58,497 bases of DNA, taken from Pseudomonadota bacterium. GTDB taxonomy: Bacteria; UBA10199; 2-02-FULL-44-16; JBDRGF01. The position numbers and the translations under genes are program-made. The DNA lies in the NCBI GenBank assembly GCA_043818055.1, contig JBDRGF010000002.1:1-58497 (forward strand). Direction: 5' to 3'. Positions 48,867-58,497 of the stretch are shown one piece after another. Under the pieces are notes generated by a model. That model was given only the letters and a program-made list of their open reading frames with translations, searched no databases and had not been told where the DNA came from. Numbering within the stretch: position 1 is the stretch's first letter; every line of letters starts with the position of its first letter.

Positions 48867-51743
48867 ATGATGAAAAAATATTTGCTATCATTTTTTTTAA
48901 TTCTTCTATTCAGTTCATTCTCTATGCCGGCACTTGCCATCGATACCGACGGGGATAAATACGATGACAGCGTTGAGATATCTGAAGGTAGCGATTGGAG
49001 GGATCCTGCTTCAAGGCCGGCCGATTGCGATGGCGATTTCAATCCCGACAGCACCGATGCAGATGATGATAACGATGGCGCTTCCGATGTGAACGATGCA
49101 TTTCGATGCGATCCAAATGAGTGGCTCGATACTGATAATGATAGTATTGGCAACAACGCTGATTTCGATGATGATGGTGACGGATTTAGTGATTCGATCG
49201 AAATAAGAGAGGGAACTGATCCGCTGAACAAGGTCTCCAAACCGAAGGACTTTGATAAGGATGGCGATCCCGATTCGACAGATCCAGACGATGATAACGA
49301 CGGCTATGCCGATAACAATGACGCTTTCACATTCAATAAAGCAGAATGGCTTGATACAGACGGAGATGGGATAGGCAACAACGCTGATCCCGATGATGAT
49401 AACGATGGTTACCTTGACAATGACGAGATCGTCTGTGGAACCGATCCGTTGGATAAAAATTCAATCCCGCCCGACAACGATCACGATTATAAACCAGACG
49501 CGCTCGATCCCGACGATGACAACGATGGTGTCCTCGACGTGAATGATGCCTTTCCTCTCGATTCAAGGGATTTTCGGGATACCGATGGAGACGGGATTGG
49601 CGATAGAACTGACGATGATGATGATGGCGACGGGTATAGCGATATCCTTGAGATTAACGAAGGAAGCGATCCGCTGGATAAAAATTCAAAGCCAAAGGAC
49701 AACGATGACGATCTTATCCCTGATAGCATTGATACGGATGACGACAACGACGGCATCTTAGATGAGAGTGATGCTTTGCCATTTGACCCGACTGAGTTTG
49801 AAGACACAGATAGCGATGGAATAGGAAATAACGCCGATACGGATGATGATGGCGATGGATATTGTGACGATATTGAAAAGACCGAGGGGACAGATTCTTT
49901 AAACAGCGCTTCACAGCCGTCGGATACAGATAAGGATTTTATCCCGGACAGCATAGATCCCGATGATGATAACGACGGTTACAACGACGATGTCGATCTC
50001 TTTCCAAAGGATCGCAACAACTGGATCGACACGGATGAAGACGGTCTGGGCGACAACACCGACTTGGATGATGACAGCGATAACACGTCAGATGTAAACG
50101 ATGCGTTTCCACTGGACAAGAATGAAAGCATTGATACGGACGGCGATAAAATAGGTGATAACGCCGATCCTGATGACGATAATGACGGCGTGGTCGATTC
50201 CAGGGATGAATTTCCAAAGGATGCCGGAAAGTGGAGCGATATCGATGGGGACGACATCGATGATAACCTAGACGTCGACAGTTGGATGGATGGATTTGAA
50301 TCGGCGGATTTTTCGAGATGGGATGAAAGTGAAGGATCATTCAATGACAAAATGCTGAACGGCTTTGTGGCCTATAATCAAAATTTCGGTTGCGAAGTTA
50401 TTGGAAAAGGGAGTCTGATTAAGCGCTTTGGTTCATTTGCACACAGGGTAATAATCAGGGCATGGGTAGAACTTAAAAATCCAAAGAATCTCTCTTTTAT
50501 TTTGAAGACAGCAGATGGATTTGTTGTAGGTAAATTTGAGTTTGTTTCTGATGGGGTCTTGCAATATTCATCTCTGCTTTCAGAGAGGTTTGCATATAGT
50601 GTCCCGCTCGATCGATGGCTCAAATTAAAATTGATCAGGGATACATCTGATGGGACAATCCGAATCTATATCGATGACAGGATTATTTATTCGAGGATCG
50701 GTGATCGAAGAAATATTTTAATCGATAGTTTCGAAATATCTGCTGGCTCTAAAACAGAGTTCTATCTCGATGATGTAGGTTATTGGGTTGACGATGATTT
50801 GGATGACGATGGAATCAGGAATATGGATGATCCGGATGACGACAACGACGGAATCATTGATTCAGAAGATATGTTCCCTCTGGATGAGAGCGAATGGGTC
50901 GATACCGATCTCGACGGCATAGGTAATAATGAGGATGCAGACGACGATGGCGATTTTATCGCTGATGAAAATGACGAATTTCCTTTGAACAGGGATGAAT
51001 GGTCAGACTCTGATCATGATGGCATCGGAAACAATGCCGAAACGGATGATGACAACGATGGTGTGTTAGACCAATTCGATGTCTTTCCGTCAGATTCGGA
51101 GGAGACGCTCGATGCCGATAGTGACGGTATTGGCGACAACGAGGATCCCGATGACGATAACGATGGGGTTTTGGATTCAATAGAAATTCTGTATGGATTG
51201 AACAGCAATTCTGTCGATAGCGATGGCGACGGTGTCATGGATGGCGATGAGATAGCGCCTTTTGAGGATACCGATGGGGATGGTTTGATCAACGTGCTTG
51301 ATCCCGACAGCGACAATGATGGTTTGACTGATGGTGTTGAGATGGGTGTGACCTCTCCGATCCTGGGAAAGGCTTTTATTTTGGGAACGCTATTTCCTCC
51401 CCTTTCTAAGGGGAGGTTAGGAGGGGTGGTTTCTTTCGATGCCATCATCGATCACGATCCCTCTACTACAACCGATCCGCTCAATCCAGACTCAGATGGT
51501 GCAGGTTTGATGGATGGCGAGGAGGATCTGAATAAGAACGGAAGGGTTGATCCAGGAGAACGCGATCCGCTTAATTCAGATGATGACACATATCCAAACG
51601 AACTAACAGGTTCTGCGTCTGCCGGTTGCCAGCTTTTGAGTGGAGTCGGCACGGGTTCAAATAATATCTTAGTGATGATGTTCCTGTTGATAACATCTGT
51701 GGGTGTTTTACAAGGTATTAAAGGAGAGGGAGATGCAGCTTAG
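48867..51743 (+). CDS. surface protein with Asp-rich Ca-binding repeats, central beta-sandwich (lectin/LamG-like) domain and C-terminal Cys+TM sorting signal
   Basis: Signal peptide (PALA-I); repeats start immediately; WMDGFES...FYLDDV domain; ends SAGCQL + hydrophobic helix; overlaps the ompA start. Confidence 0.82.
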   Translation: MMKKYLLSFFLILLFSSFSMPALAIDTDGDKYDDSVEISEGSDWRDPASRPADCDGDFNPDSTDADDDNDGASDVNDAFRCDPNEWLDTDNDSIGNNADFDDDGDGFSDSIEIREGTDPLNKVSKPKDFDKDGDPDSTDPDDDNDGYADNNDAFTFNKAEWLDTDGDGIGNNADPDDDNDGYLDNDEIVCGTDPLDKNSIPPDNDHDYKPDALDPDDDNDGVLDVNDAFPLDSRDFRDTDGDGIGDRTDDDDDGDGYSDILEINEGSDPLDKNSKPKDNDDDLIPDSIDTDDDNDGILDESDALPFDPTEFEDTDSDGIGNNADTDDDGDGYCDDIEKTEGTDSLNSASQPSDTDKDFIPDSIDPDDDNDGYNDDVDLFPKDRNNWIDTDEDGLGDNTDLDDDSDNTSDVNDAFPLDKNESIDTDGDKIGDNADPDDDNDGVVDSRDEFPKDAGKWSDIDGDDIDDNLDVDSWMDGFESADFSRWDESEGSFNDKMLNGFVAYNQNFGCEVIGKGSLIKRFGSFAHRVIIRAWVELKNPKNLSFILKTADGFVVGKFEFVSDGVLQYSSLLSERFAYSVPLDRWLKLKLIRDTSDGTIRIYIDDRIIYSRIGDRRNILIDSFEISAGSKTEFYLDDVGYWVDDDLDDDGIRNMDDPDDDNDGIIDSEDMFPLDESEWVDTDLDGIGNNEDADDDGDFIADENDEFPLNRDEWSDSDHDGIGNNAETDDDNDGVLDQFDVFPSDSEETLDADSDGIGDNEDPDDDNDGVLDSIEILYGLNSNSVDSDGDGVMDGDEIAPFEDTDGDGLINVLDPDSDNDGLTDGVEMGVTSPILGKAFILGTLFPPLSKGRLGGVVSFDAIIDHDPSTTTDPLNPDSDGAGLMDGEEDLNKNGRVDPGERDPLNSDDDTYPNELTGSASAGCQLLSGVGTGSNNILVMMFLLITSVGVLQGIKGEGDAA

Positions 51744-53001
51744 ATTGTTGTACCCGGCTTTAATCATTATTATTATTCCAGTTTTAGCGTTTGCCCAAAA
51801 TACAAACCTTGCCGGATACAATATCCAGAACTTCCGGCCGGCCTCCGACAACAGAAGGCTTTTGCAGCTTTCTGAATCCGCTACTCTTGGTCATCTGAAT
51901 ATTCAGACCGGAGTCTGTTTCAACGGCAGCCATGGACTGCTCTCCGCAGGCAATCCAGTGAACAATAGCACTGTTGATATTATCGACACTATGATCACGG
52001 GCGATTTTCTCTTTGGGATTGGAATTTCAGATTATGTCGATTTGGGAATTGATCTCCCAATCTATTTTTTTGAACGAGGCAGGGATTTCAATAATGCAAA
52101 GCCGTTTGATACGATGGGTGTGGGAGATGTCAGGCTCGATGCGAAATTCAGATTGGTAAAAGACAGGGACTCTATCCCGGGTGTGGCGATTAGTTCATCA
52201 TTATATTTGCCGACCGGTTCAAGGAGCAAATTCACAGGATATAAAAATGTCGCATTTGAGGGAAGCCTAGTTGTCGATAAGAAGATCAGGGATTTCTATA
52301 TTTCGGCAAACACTGGCTATCGGGTTTTGCCACGCCACACATTTGCAAACATGGTAATAGATGATGAGATGACTTTTGGCCTGGGTGCTGCCTACACGCT
52401 CCCCATTTGGAACAAGACGCTAGATCTCACAGCCGAAGTATTTGGCTCCGCTGTGGTAAGAAAGTTTCAGGAGATCACAACCCCACTGGAAATATTGGCA
52501 GGTGTGAAAAAGAGATTCGTGTTCGACAGGCTGGCTATGACTCTGGCAGGGGGAAGGGGAATAACAAAGGCAAACGGTTCTCCCGATTATAGAGCAGTCT
52601 TTGGCATCAACTATCTGTTTGAACATGTTGAGAAAAAAAGAGTGGGTGATTCTACAAGAAAGCCAAAGATGCTAAAGATTACGATCTATTTCGATTTCGA
52701 TAGCGCAAACTTAAATCCAAGGTATCGCGCAATATTGGATGAACTGATGCAGAACTTCGAAGATGATGAGTTCGAACAAATACAGATAGAAGGATACGCC
52801 GACAATATTGGAACAAAGAATTACAATCTTGAGCTCTCAAAAAGACGTGCCTTTGCTGTACAAAAATTCTTCGCTGAAAAAGGGATCAAAGATAAAGCGA
52901 TGACGGTAAAATATTACGGCGAAGAACATCCGGCGACATCAAACTCGACAAAAGATGGCCGCGCTCAAAACCGCCGGGTGGAGATTGACGGGGGTAGATG
53001 A
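51733..53001 (+). CDS. OmpA-family protein with N-terminal beta-barrel (TraB-like architecture)
   Basis: Signal peptide; NFRP, GVGDVRLDAK, LPTG, PDYRAVFGINY barrel; OmpA C-domain IYFDFDS, IEGYAD, NLELSKRRA, NRRVE; RBS aaggag. Confidence 0.9.
   Translation: MQLRLLYPALIIIIIPVLAFAQNTNLAGYNIQNFRPASDNRRLLQLSESATLGHLNIQTGVCFNGSHGLLSAGNPVNNSTVDIIDTMITGDFLFGIGISDYVDLGIDLPIYFFERGRDFNNAKPFDTMGVGDVRLDAKFRLVKDRDSIPGVAISSSLYLPTGSRSKFTGYKNVAFEGSLVVDKKIRDFYISANTGYRVLPRHTFANMVIDDEMTFGLGAAYTLPIWNKTLDLTAEVFGSAVVRKFQEITTPLEILAGVKKRFVFDRLAMTLAGGRGITKANGSPDYRAVFGINYLFEHVEKKRVGDSTRKPKMLKITIYFDFDSANLNPRYRAILDELMQNFEDDEFEQIQIEGYADNIGTKNYNLELSKRRAFAVQKFFAEKGIKDKAMTVKYYGEEHPATSNSTKDGRAQNRRVEIDGGR
52940..52986 (+). 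repeat. 47-bp direct repeat, copy 1 (ompA 3' end)
   Basis: caaactcgacaaaagatggccgcgctcaaaaccgccgggtggagatt; one mismatch to 58291-58337. Confidence 0.9.
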
Positions 53002-53037
53002 GGATTTTGAAAATAATAAAAAACTCAGGAGGTGTTT

Positions 53038-54510
53038 ATGTCAACGCTGCCAATTGGAAGAAGTTGCAATTTTAATAACTACAAAGGTGTTTTTTGTTGT
53101 ATTGGAGAGACTCAAAATATAAGAGTTTATTCTTCTCATGGAAAGTTTGTAAAAGGGATAAAACCTAAAGATTCCGTCAGATATGTTTCAGTTCGCCCAA
53201 CCTCTTGGTGTGCTGTTGATCAAAAGGGATATCAACTATTGCCTATTGTGAAAAAATTGGAACACAAAAATTGGAAAGTTAGAGAAAGGGCAATATTAGA
53301 GTTGGCCAAGCTTGGTAAAGCCGCTGCTCCGGTTATTCCCGTATTGAGAAAAATAATTTATGATCTGAGAAACAATTTGCCAAATCCATGTAAGATATCT
53401 GGAATTGAATATTTGCGGGATAGAGGTCACTTGCGGTGGATCACTGCAAAGGGTTTTAATTATCTTTTAATTGAAGGAGTGTTTTCCGTTTTAAAAAACA
53501 TCGGTCAAGGTGCTCTTCCTTTATTGGTGTCTCTGCTGAACGATCGCAATGCGAATATTCGTTTACTTGCTTCTGAATCTTTAAAGGAGATGAGGATAAA
53601 AACACATACAGTGCTTCGATCGTTAGCTAAAAATTTAAATGACCACAATGTTTGGGTGCGTTTATCAGTTGTTGATGCGCTATATAGTTGGGGTACTACA
53701 GCAGTGCCATATTTAAAGATTGCCCTAAAAGACGGCCATGGGTGGGTCCGCGATCGTGCGATACTTCAATTGCACCGTTTAGGGGAAAAATCAATTATCT
53801 GTGTGAGAGATCTGGTTATTTTATCAATATCAGATCCAATTCAAATGATTAGAAAAAAATCTGCACAAGCCGTGGCTGAGATTGCTCCAACCAAAGCAAT
53901 TGCACTTCTAAATTCCACTTTAAGAAATCGTCGTTGGAAAATTCGCAAAGCAGCTGTGGAAGCTTTACGGTATTTTAATTCACGTGCATTGCCTTTGCTT
54001 AAGATTGCATTGCGTGATTCAAGCTACAGAGTTCGCAAGGCAGTTGTATTTTCTGTTTATGATATTGACGCGTCCGGTGTTATTGCATTATTGAGGAGGG
54101 CGTTGAAAGATCGAAATTGGAGAGTTAGAAAAGCTGCTGTTGCTGTGCTTGCAAACAAAGTTGTTAGGTATTATCCAGATAATAGCTATCTTGAGCTGAT
54201 CTCTTTACTTAGAAGTGCCCTAAACGATCAAAACTTTAAGGTTAGGATGACTGTTGTTAAAGAATCGGAGCGTTTTATTGGATTGCCGTCAGAATCTAAA
54301 AGATTTATTAATGAACTAATCTATCTTATGAGGATCAGTTTGAAAGATCATGACTGGAGGATTAGGAAAGCTTCTGTGAAAAGGCTAGGTTCTCTTCATG
54401 GAAAGGCCAAGTTAGCTTTTTCTGAAATTAAAAAACTGCTTATAGATAGAAATGCCAGTGTTCGTATCGCTGCGGCAGATGCTTTATATAAAATCTGCTG
54501 TGTGAAATAA
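53038..54510 (+). CDS. HEAT-repeat (PBS lyase-like) protein
   Basis: About ten L.D.(N/D)W.VR..A repeats; RBS aggagg. Confidence 0.88.
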   Translation: MSTLPIGRSCNFNNYKGVFCCIGETQNIRVYSSHGKFVKGIKPKDSVRYVSVRPTSWCAVDQKGYQLLPIVKKLEHKNWKVRERAILELAKLGKAAAPVIPVLRKIIYDLRNNLPNPCKISGIEYLRDRGHLRWITAKGFNYLLIEGVFSVLKNIGQGALPLLVSLLNDRNANIRLLASESLKEMRIKTHTVLRSLAKNLNDHNVWVRLSVVDALYSWGTTAVPYLKIALKDGHGWVRDRAILQLHRLGEKSIICVRDLVILSISDPIQMIRKKSAQAVAEIAPTKAIALLNSTLRNRRWKIRKAAVEALRYFNSRALPLLKIALRDSSYRVRKAVVFSVYDIDASGVIALLRRALKDRNWRVRKAAVAVLANKVVRYYPDNSYLELISLLRSALNDQNFKVRMTVVKESERFIGLPSESKRFINELIYLMRISLKDHDWRIRKASVKRLGSLHGKAKLAFSEIKKLLIDRNASVRIAAADALYKICCVK

Positions 54511-54557
54511 AAAAAATAGATAAGACACCTAAATAATCTCATAATTAGGAGGAAAGC

Positions 54558-57500
54558 ATGTCAAAGACAACACCTATTCAAATCAAATACTCACCCCCAC
54601 AATTTCAACCATGTTTGAAACATGGAGATCGTAAAGGAAATAAAAATGGAATCGTAGATACAGTTGGTGAAGCAAAAGGTGCGTTAGGGAAGTGTTTTAA
54701 GTCGAAGCGTAGATATGACGGTTTAAGGCGGTTTTTAGGTTATTACGGATATAATATCCCAACCATGAAAATACTTCTGAGCTCATTTAATGCCAAAATT
54801 GAAAAGGCAAAGAGAGAAAAGAATATCTATCAGTTATGTTCAATTGCATTGGATATGTCCAAAGGTGGAGTTTCAAAAAACAAAATATTGAAAGTTTTCA
54901 TGACTGCCATACGATTTGTCGATATGGTTAATGACTCCGGTGCCGTAGATAAGTTCAACCATATAGCCTCCTGCATGGCTACTGTCGGAATGAATAAAAA
55001 ATTGGTAACAAGGTTGTTTGAACATGCTTTAAATCTTTTTATAAAACATCCGCTATATCCAGGTCTGAGGCCACAGGTATTGGGTTATATCATCATGGGT
55101 TTTGAAGGGGCAGGATTAAATAAATGGCAACTTTATAGATTATACAGAAAGGCAATAGTGGCAGATAGTTTAACTCCAACTGTAGGATGTAATAGATCTT
55201 ATGGATGTTATGGAATAGTTAAGTTTAGTGGGGTGTTTCACGGCATACATAAAGCCGGCTTTAGCAGAGCTATGCTGAATTCATTATTCAATTTAGCGCT
55301 CTCTTACGTGCGTAAGATGGATAAAAGATCAGACAGAGAAAGGACGATTAATTATTTAATTTCTAAGATGATTACTGTTGGACTCTATGATAGGGCGTTG
55401 AAAAAAATGAGGTTGCTGCCAAGGAGTGAAAGATGGGAGCTGATGCGCAAGATATGTTTTGGGTTGGCGAATAGAAAGAGGCTCAGAAAGGCACTCGTCA
55501 TAGCGCGCTCGATTGAAGATCATGCTGAGAAATCCAGATCAATTTCACATATTGCTTCGATGATGGCTAAAGCGAAACGAGGTAACAAGAAAAAGATTTT
55601 AGCACTATTTAATTTATCTATAAAATTAGCAAAAAAAATATCCTACCCAACTTATAAATATGAAATTCTGAGCAAAATAGCAATCAGCATGGCACGAGTT
55701 GGATTGTTTGATAAAGCAATCTCATTAACAGATGGACTTCAAGAATATAAGGAAGAGGCGTTGAGAGGGATAGTAGAGGCGTTTGTAAATTTTGGTTTGT
55801 TTGACAGAGCTTTTACATTTCTACTCTCGAAAAAGATTGTATCACAAACTTATCTAATCATATCTGAAAAAGCTATAGGAAAACTAAGTGCGATACAAGT
55901 AAGTCAATTATTTACTAAAGCACTCACATTTGTAGAAAAAAACGGAGATGATGAATGCAGAGGCGCATTGATAAAACAACTATTGCCATATTTTATTACG
56001 TCTCGCATCAATGTTGCGGATAGAAGAAAAATATTTTTTAAAATAGTTTCGTTGGTTAAAGTATTAGGCTCCCATTCAGTTAAAAGTAGTTTGATTAATA
56101 ATATCTCCACAACGTTGCTCGAAAAATTGAATTTATCAAAGAATAAATTAGGTGGACTATTCGGTGAAATGATGACCATTTCGCTTGGCCTTGGTGATTA
56201 TGAAAATAATAGGGCCGCAACCATTATTCATATCTTGTCATTATTTGCAGGAATGGGTTTGCAAAAGAGAGCTTTGTTTTCAAGGCTGCAAATTAAGATG
56301 GTATCCGGAGAGTATAATGTAAATAAGAAGTTTTTATGTAGTGTGATTGATGGATTGAGACCTTTGCGCTTTGAACAAAATGATAGAAATGCACTTATTA
56401 AGCTACTGCTCGAAAAAAATAACAGCTATTCAGAAAAAAATTATGCAATCATGGTACAGCTAGATGCAAAGCATGCAATAAGGATCGATTTAAATTTGAT
56501 TTCTACAATTAAAAAAATGATTGCAGCTAAAATTGAAAATAAAAATATTATTGTAATTTTGCAATATTCGACCTCTGACGTTTTACCAAATGTAATAAAA
56601 AAATTGTTGTCGTTGGGAGTAAAGATCGATAGCATCTTAACTATTTTAAGATCTATGTCCAAAAGCAATTCTGTTAATGAGGCCACACTAGAAACACTTC
56701 CAAAACTTATTAAAGCATCTTTTCCCGTATCAGATGTCGCTGATTTTTTAAATCAGTTAAATAAAGTTTCAGGATACGTAATTGGTGATGTATGTGATAA
56801 ATTATCCACATTTATTAAAATAGGTTTTTCGAAACATCAAATTCTTGTGCTGGTTAAGTTAATCTCAAAGAGAGATGCCATGGATAATAGGGAAGATGAA
56901 TTCAAAGCCCTGCTCAGGTGTGCGGAGAAGTTGAAGAGTGAGAAATTTCCAATCTCTAGAATTTATATTCTCGTTAGGGAAATGGCGAAACATAAGAATT
57001 TAAAGAATTATGATGAATTGACTAAGACTTTTGATTTTTTAAAAAAGGATCAGGTTGGTTTTGGCGAAATATATGGATTTCTGCTGCACATAATTGTTCA
57101 AGTCGGATATTCGTCATCGAATGTATTTAAAATATTACCGCAGGTGATTAGATCATTAAAACAACGTAGTATTAAAACTGAAAAACTATTTTCCAAACTC
57201 AAGTTAGTTGCAAGCATTGCTAAAGATAATACTGAAGAGGCATACAAAGTATTGCAGAAAGTGCCAGCGATCGACCTGGATATCTTCAGAATGATTCAAT
57301 CATTTCATGGTAATACAGAATACGTTTACAGGATATTGCCACAATTGCTCAAAGTTGGTTTTACAAAACAGATGATTCAACATCTTATGGGGACTACAGA
57401 ATATTACGAACCTTTATGTAAGTCGATACATTTTTTAATGAAATCAAATGTCAGTGCAGCCAAAATCTATAATTTTTTAATGTCTGTATCTAAAATTACT

Positions 57501-58208
57501 TTTAATAAATATATTATGAGTGGTGCTTATGAGATAATTCCAGATTTGTGCCATTTGGGCATAGGACAGGAGAAGATGCTTTCGTATATAAAAGTTATTG
57601 CCTTCCTGATAAAGCAAAAAGACCTATATATAACATTTTTTAAAATGCTTGCTCCTATGATAAAGGCTGGGTTATCTGAGAAGCAGGTTGGTAAATTAGC
57701 CGGCTCAATTGCAGACAATGGTGGGATTTACACGATTCGTGGTGTTGAATTTGTCAGAAAACCGATTAGTCATCTGAGATCAATAGGTCTCAATTCGGAA
57801 CAGATTTTTAATGTTCTTATGTCTGTTTCAAAAGTTGCAAATAAATTTAACGATATTGCATTTTTAGGGCTTATAAAATTTATAAAAAACAAGAAAATGC
57901 TCAGAAGTCATTTGCCAGGCTTTTTAAATGTTACGAAATGTTTCAAAAATGGCAATTATAATTTTTATTTACCTTTAGAGAAATTGGGAATTGATCTGAG
58001 AAAATGCACAAGTAAAATGTCTTTTGCGCGTGAATTCGTGCTTAAGGCGAATTCTGAATTTAGCAGAAGAAAGGCTCAGGGTGCGCTGGCTGCAATTTCT
58101 AATTTGAGAAATGTATTAGATTGCATTTCTGTAGCTGTCAAAAAAATTATTTGCAGAGGATTATCGCCTGAGCTCAAATCTTATCATAATTGCAATTGTG
58201 TTTTTTGA
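54558..58208 (+). CDS. large basic alpha-helical (TPR-like) repeat hypothetical protein
   Basis: 1216-aa ORF with RBS aggagg; IA..MA..GLFDKA repeats, then ~38-aa helical repeats; AT-rich. Confidence 0.75.
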   Translation: MSKTTPIQIKYSPPQFQPCLKHGDRKGNKNGIVDTVGEAKGALGKCFKSKRRYDGLRRFLGYYGYNIPTMKILLSSFNAKIEKAKREKNIYQLCSIALDMSKGGVSKNKILKVFMTAIRFVDMVNDSGAVDKFNHIASCMATVGMNKKLVTRLFEHALNLFIKHPLYPGLRPQVLGYIIMGFEGAGLNKWQLYRLYRKAIVADSLTPTVGCNRSYGCYGIVKFSGVFHGIHKAGFSRAMLNSLFNLALSYVRKMDKRSDRERTINYLISKMITVGLYDRALKKMRLLPRSERWELMRKICFGLANRKRLRKALVIARSIEDHAEKSRSISHIASMMAKAKRGNKKKILALFNLSIKLAKKISYPTYKYEILSKIAISMARVGLFDKAISLTDGLQEYKEEALRGIVEAFVNFGLFDRAFTFLLSKKIVSQTYLIISEKAIGKLSAIQVSQLFTKALTFVEKNGDDECRGALIKQLLPYFITSRINVADRRKIFFKIVSLVKVLGSHSVKSSLINNISTTLLEKLNLSKNKLGGLFGEMMTISLGLGDYENNRAATIIHILSLFAGMGLQKRALFSRLQIKMVSGEYNVNKKFLCSVIDGLRPLRFEQNDRNALIKLLLEKNNSYSEKNYAIMVQLDAKHAIRIDLNLISTIKKMIAAKIENKNIIVILQYSTSDVLPNVIKKLLSLGVKIDSILTILRSMSKSNSVNEATLETLPKLIKASFPVSDVADFLNQLNKVSGYVIGDVCDKLSTFIKIGFSKHQILVLVKLISKRDAMDNREDEFKALLRCAEKLKSEKFPISRIYILVREMAKHKNLKNYDELTKTFDFLKKDQVGFGEIYGFLLHIIVQVGYSSSNVFKILPQVIRSLKQRSIKTEKLFSKLKLVASIAKDNTEEAYKVLQKVPAIDLDIFRMIQSFHGNTEYVYRILPQLLKVGFTKQMIQHLMGTTEYYEPLCKSIHFLMKSNVSAAKIYNFLMSVSKITFNKYIMSGAYEIIPDLCHLGIGQEKMLSYIKVIAFLIKQKDLYITFFKMLAPMIKAGLSEKQVGKLAGSIADNGGIYTIRGVEFVRKPISHLRSIGLNSEQIFNVLMSVSKVANKFNDIAFLGLIKFIKNKKMLRSHLPGFLNVTKCFKNGNYNFYLPLEKLGIDLRKCTSKMSFAREFVLKANSEFSRRKAQGALAAISNLRNVLDCISVAVKKIICRGLSPELKSYHNCNCVF

Positions 58209-58247
58209 CCGCCATTTACTCAATTTGTGTAGTATTTCATTATTTAA

Positions 58248-58349
58248 AGAATAATTGTAAAAAGCTTTGGCGAGGAGCATCCCATAGAGCCAAACTCGAC
58301 AAAAGAGGGCCGCGCTCAAAACCGCCGGGTGGAGATTAACGGGAAATAA
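58248..58349 (+). pseudogene. orphan alternative 3' end of the ompA-family gene (contains direct-repeat copy 2 at 58291-58337)
   Basis: Translates RIIVKSFGEEHPIEPNSTKEGRAQNRRVEINGK* versus AMTVKYYGEEHPATSNSTKDGRAQNRRVEIDGGR* in the intact gene; no start codon. Confidence 0.85.
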
Positions 58350-58497
58350 AAAAATAAAAAAACTTAGCAATTAACCGGCCAATCGGGTCAGGGATTTTGT
58401 GTAGGGAGGATGGGGAAATTGGTTGGGAGATTGTTTTTTTGGATTTCGATGGCAAGCCTTGTCAACCTTCTGACGAGGTTTTTCTGATTAGAGGGTT

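Noticed and set aside
42300..51652. Many Ser-rich or His/Arg-rich ORFs, mostly on the minus strand
   Set aside because: Shadows of the Asp-rich (GAT/GAC) repeats of the real + strand genes
42637..58337. Diversity-generating retroelement TR/VR interpretation of the duplicated segments
   Set aside because: Mismatches are not adenine-specific (many synonymous third positions) and there is no reverse transcriptase in the window

Overview
Bacterial chromosomal window from a deltaproteobacterial-type lineage (inferred from the ispE-spoVG-tRNA-Gln-prs-rplY-pth-rpsF-rpsR-DUF2232-rplI-dnaB gene order, sigma54 regulators and C-terminal Cys+TM sorting signals). It opens with the right end of an IS66 (ISBst12-group) element that interrupts a beta-helix surface-protein gene, followed by a Ser/Thr kinase-NTPase-TPR / pseudokinase / PP2C signalling module. 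The middle is mostly housekeeping: ribosomal cluster, four tRNAs, tolQRAB, ppx, murI, ctpA, pfkA, tdh-kbl. It also holds a degenerate sigma54-type two-component pair followed by a strong candidate ~60-nt sigma54-dependent sRNA. The last ~22 kb is accessory. It contains a nucleotidyltransferase/DUF6941 cassette, an RlmN-like radical SAM enzyme lacking the resolving Cys, and a solute-binding-protein/TM/wHTH one-component sensor. Divergent from the sensor is an operon of three giant Asp-rich Ca-binding repeat surface proteins, a lipoprotein and a TraB-like beta-barrel/OmpA protein; two of the giant proteins share a colinear ~1.48-kb stalk but have different heads and tails. An AT-rich HEAT/helical-repeat cassette sits between two copies of the ompA 3' end. 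All family assignments are from motif recognition by eye; no database searches were run.
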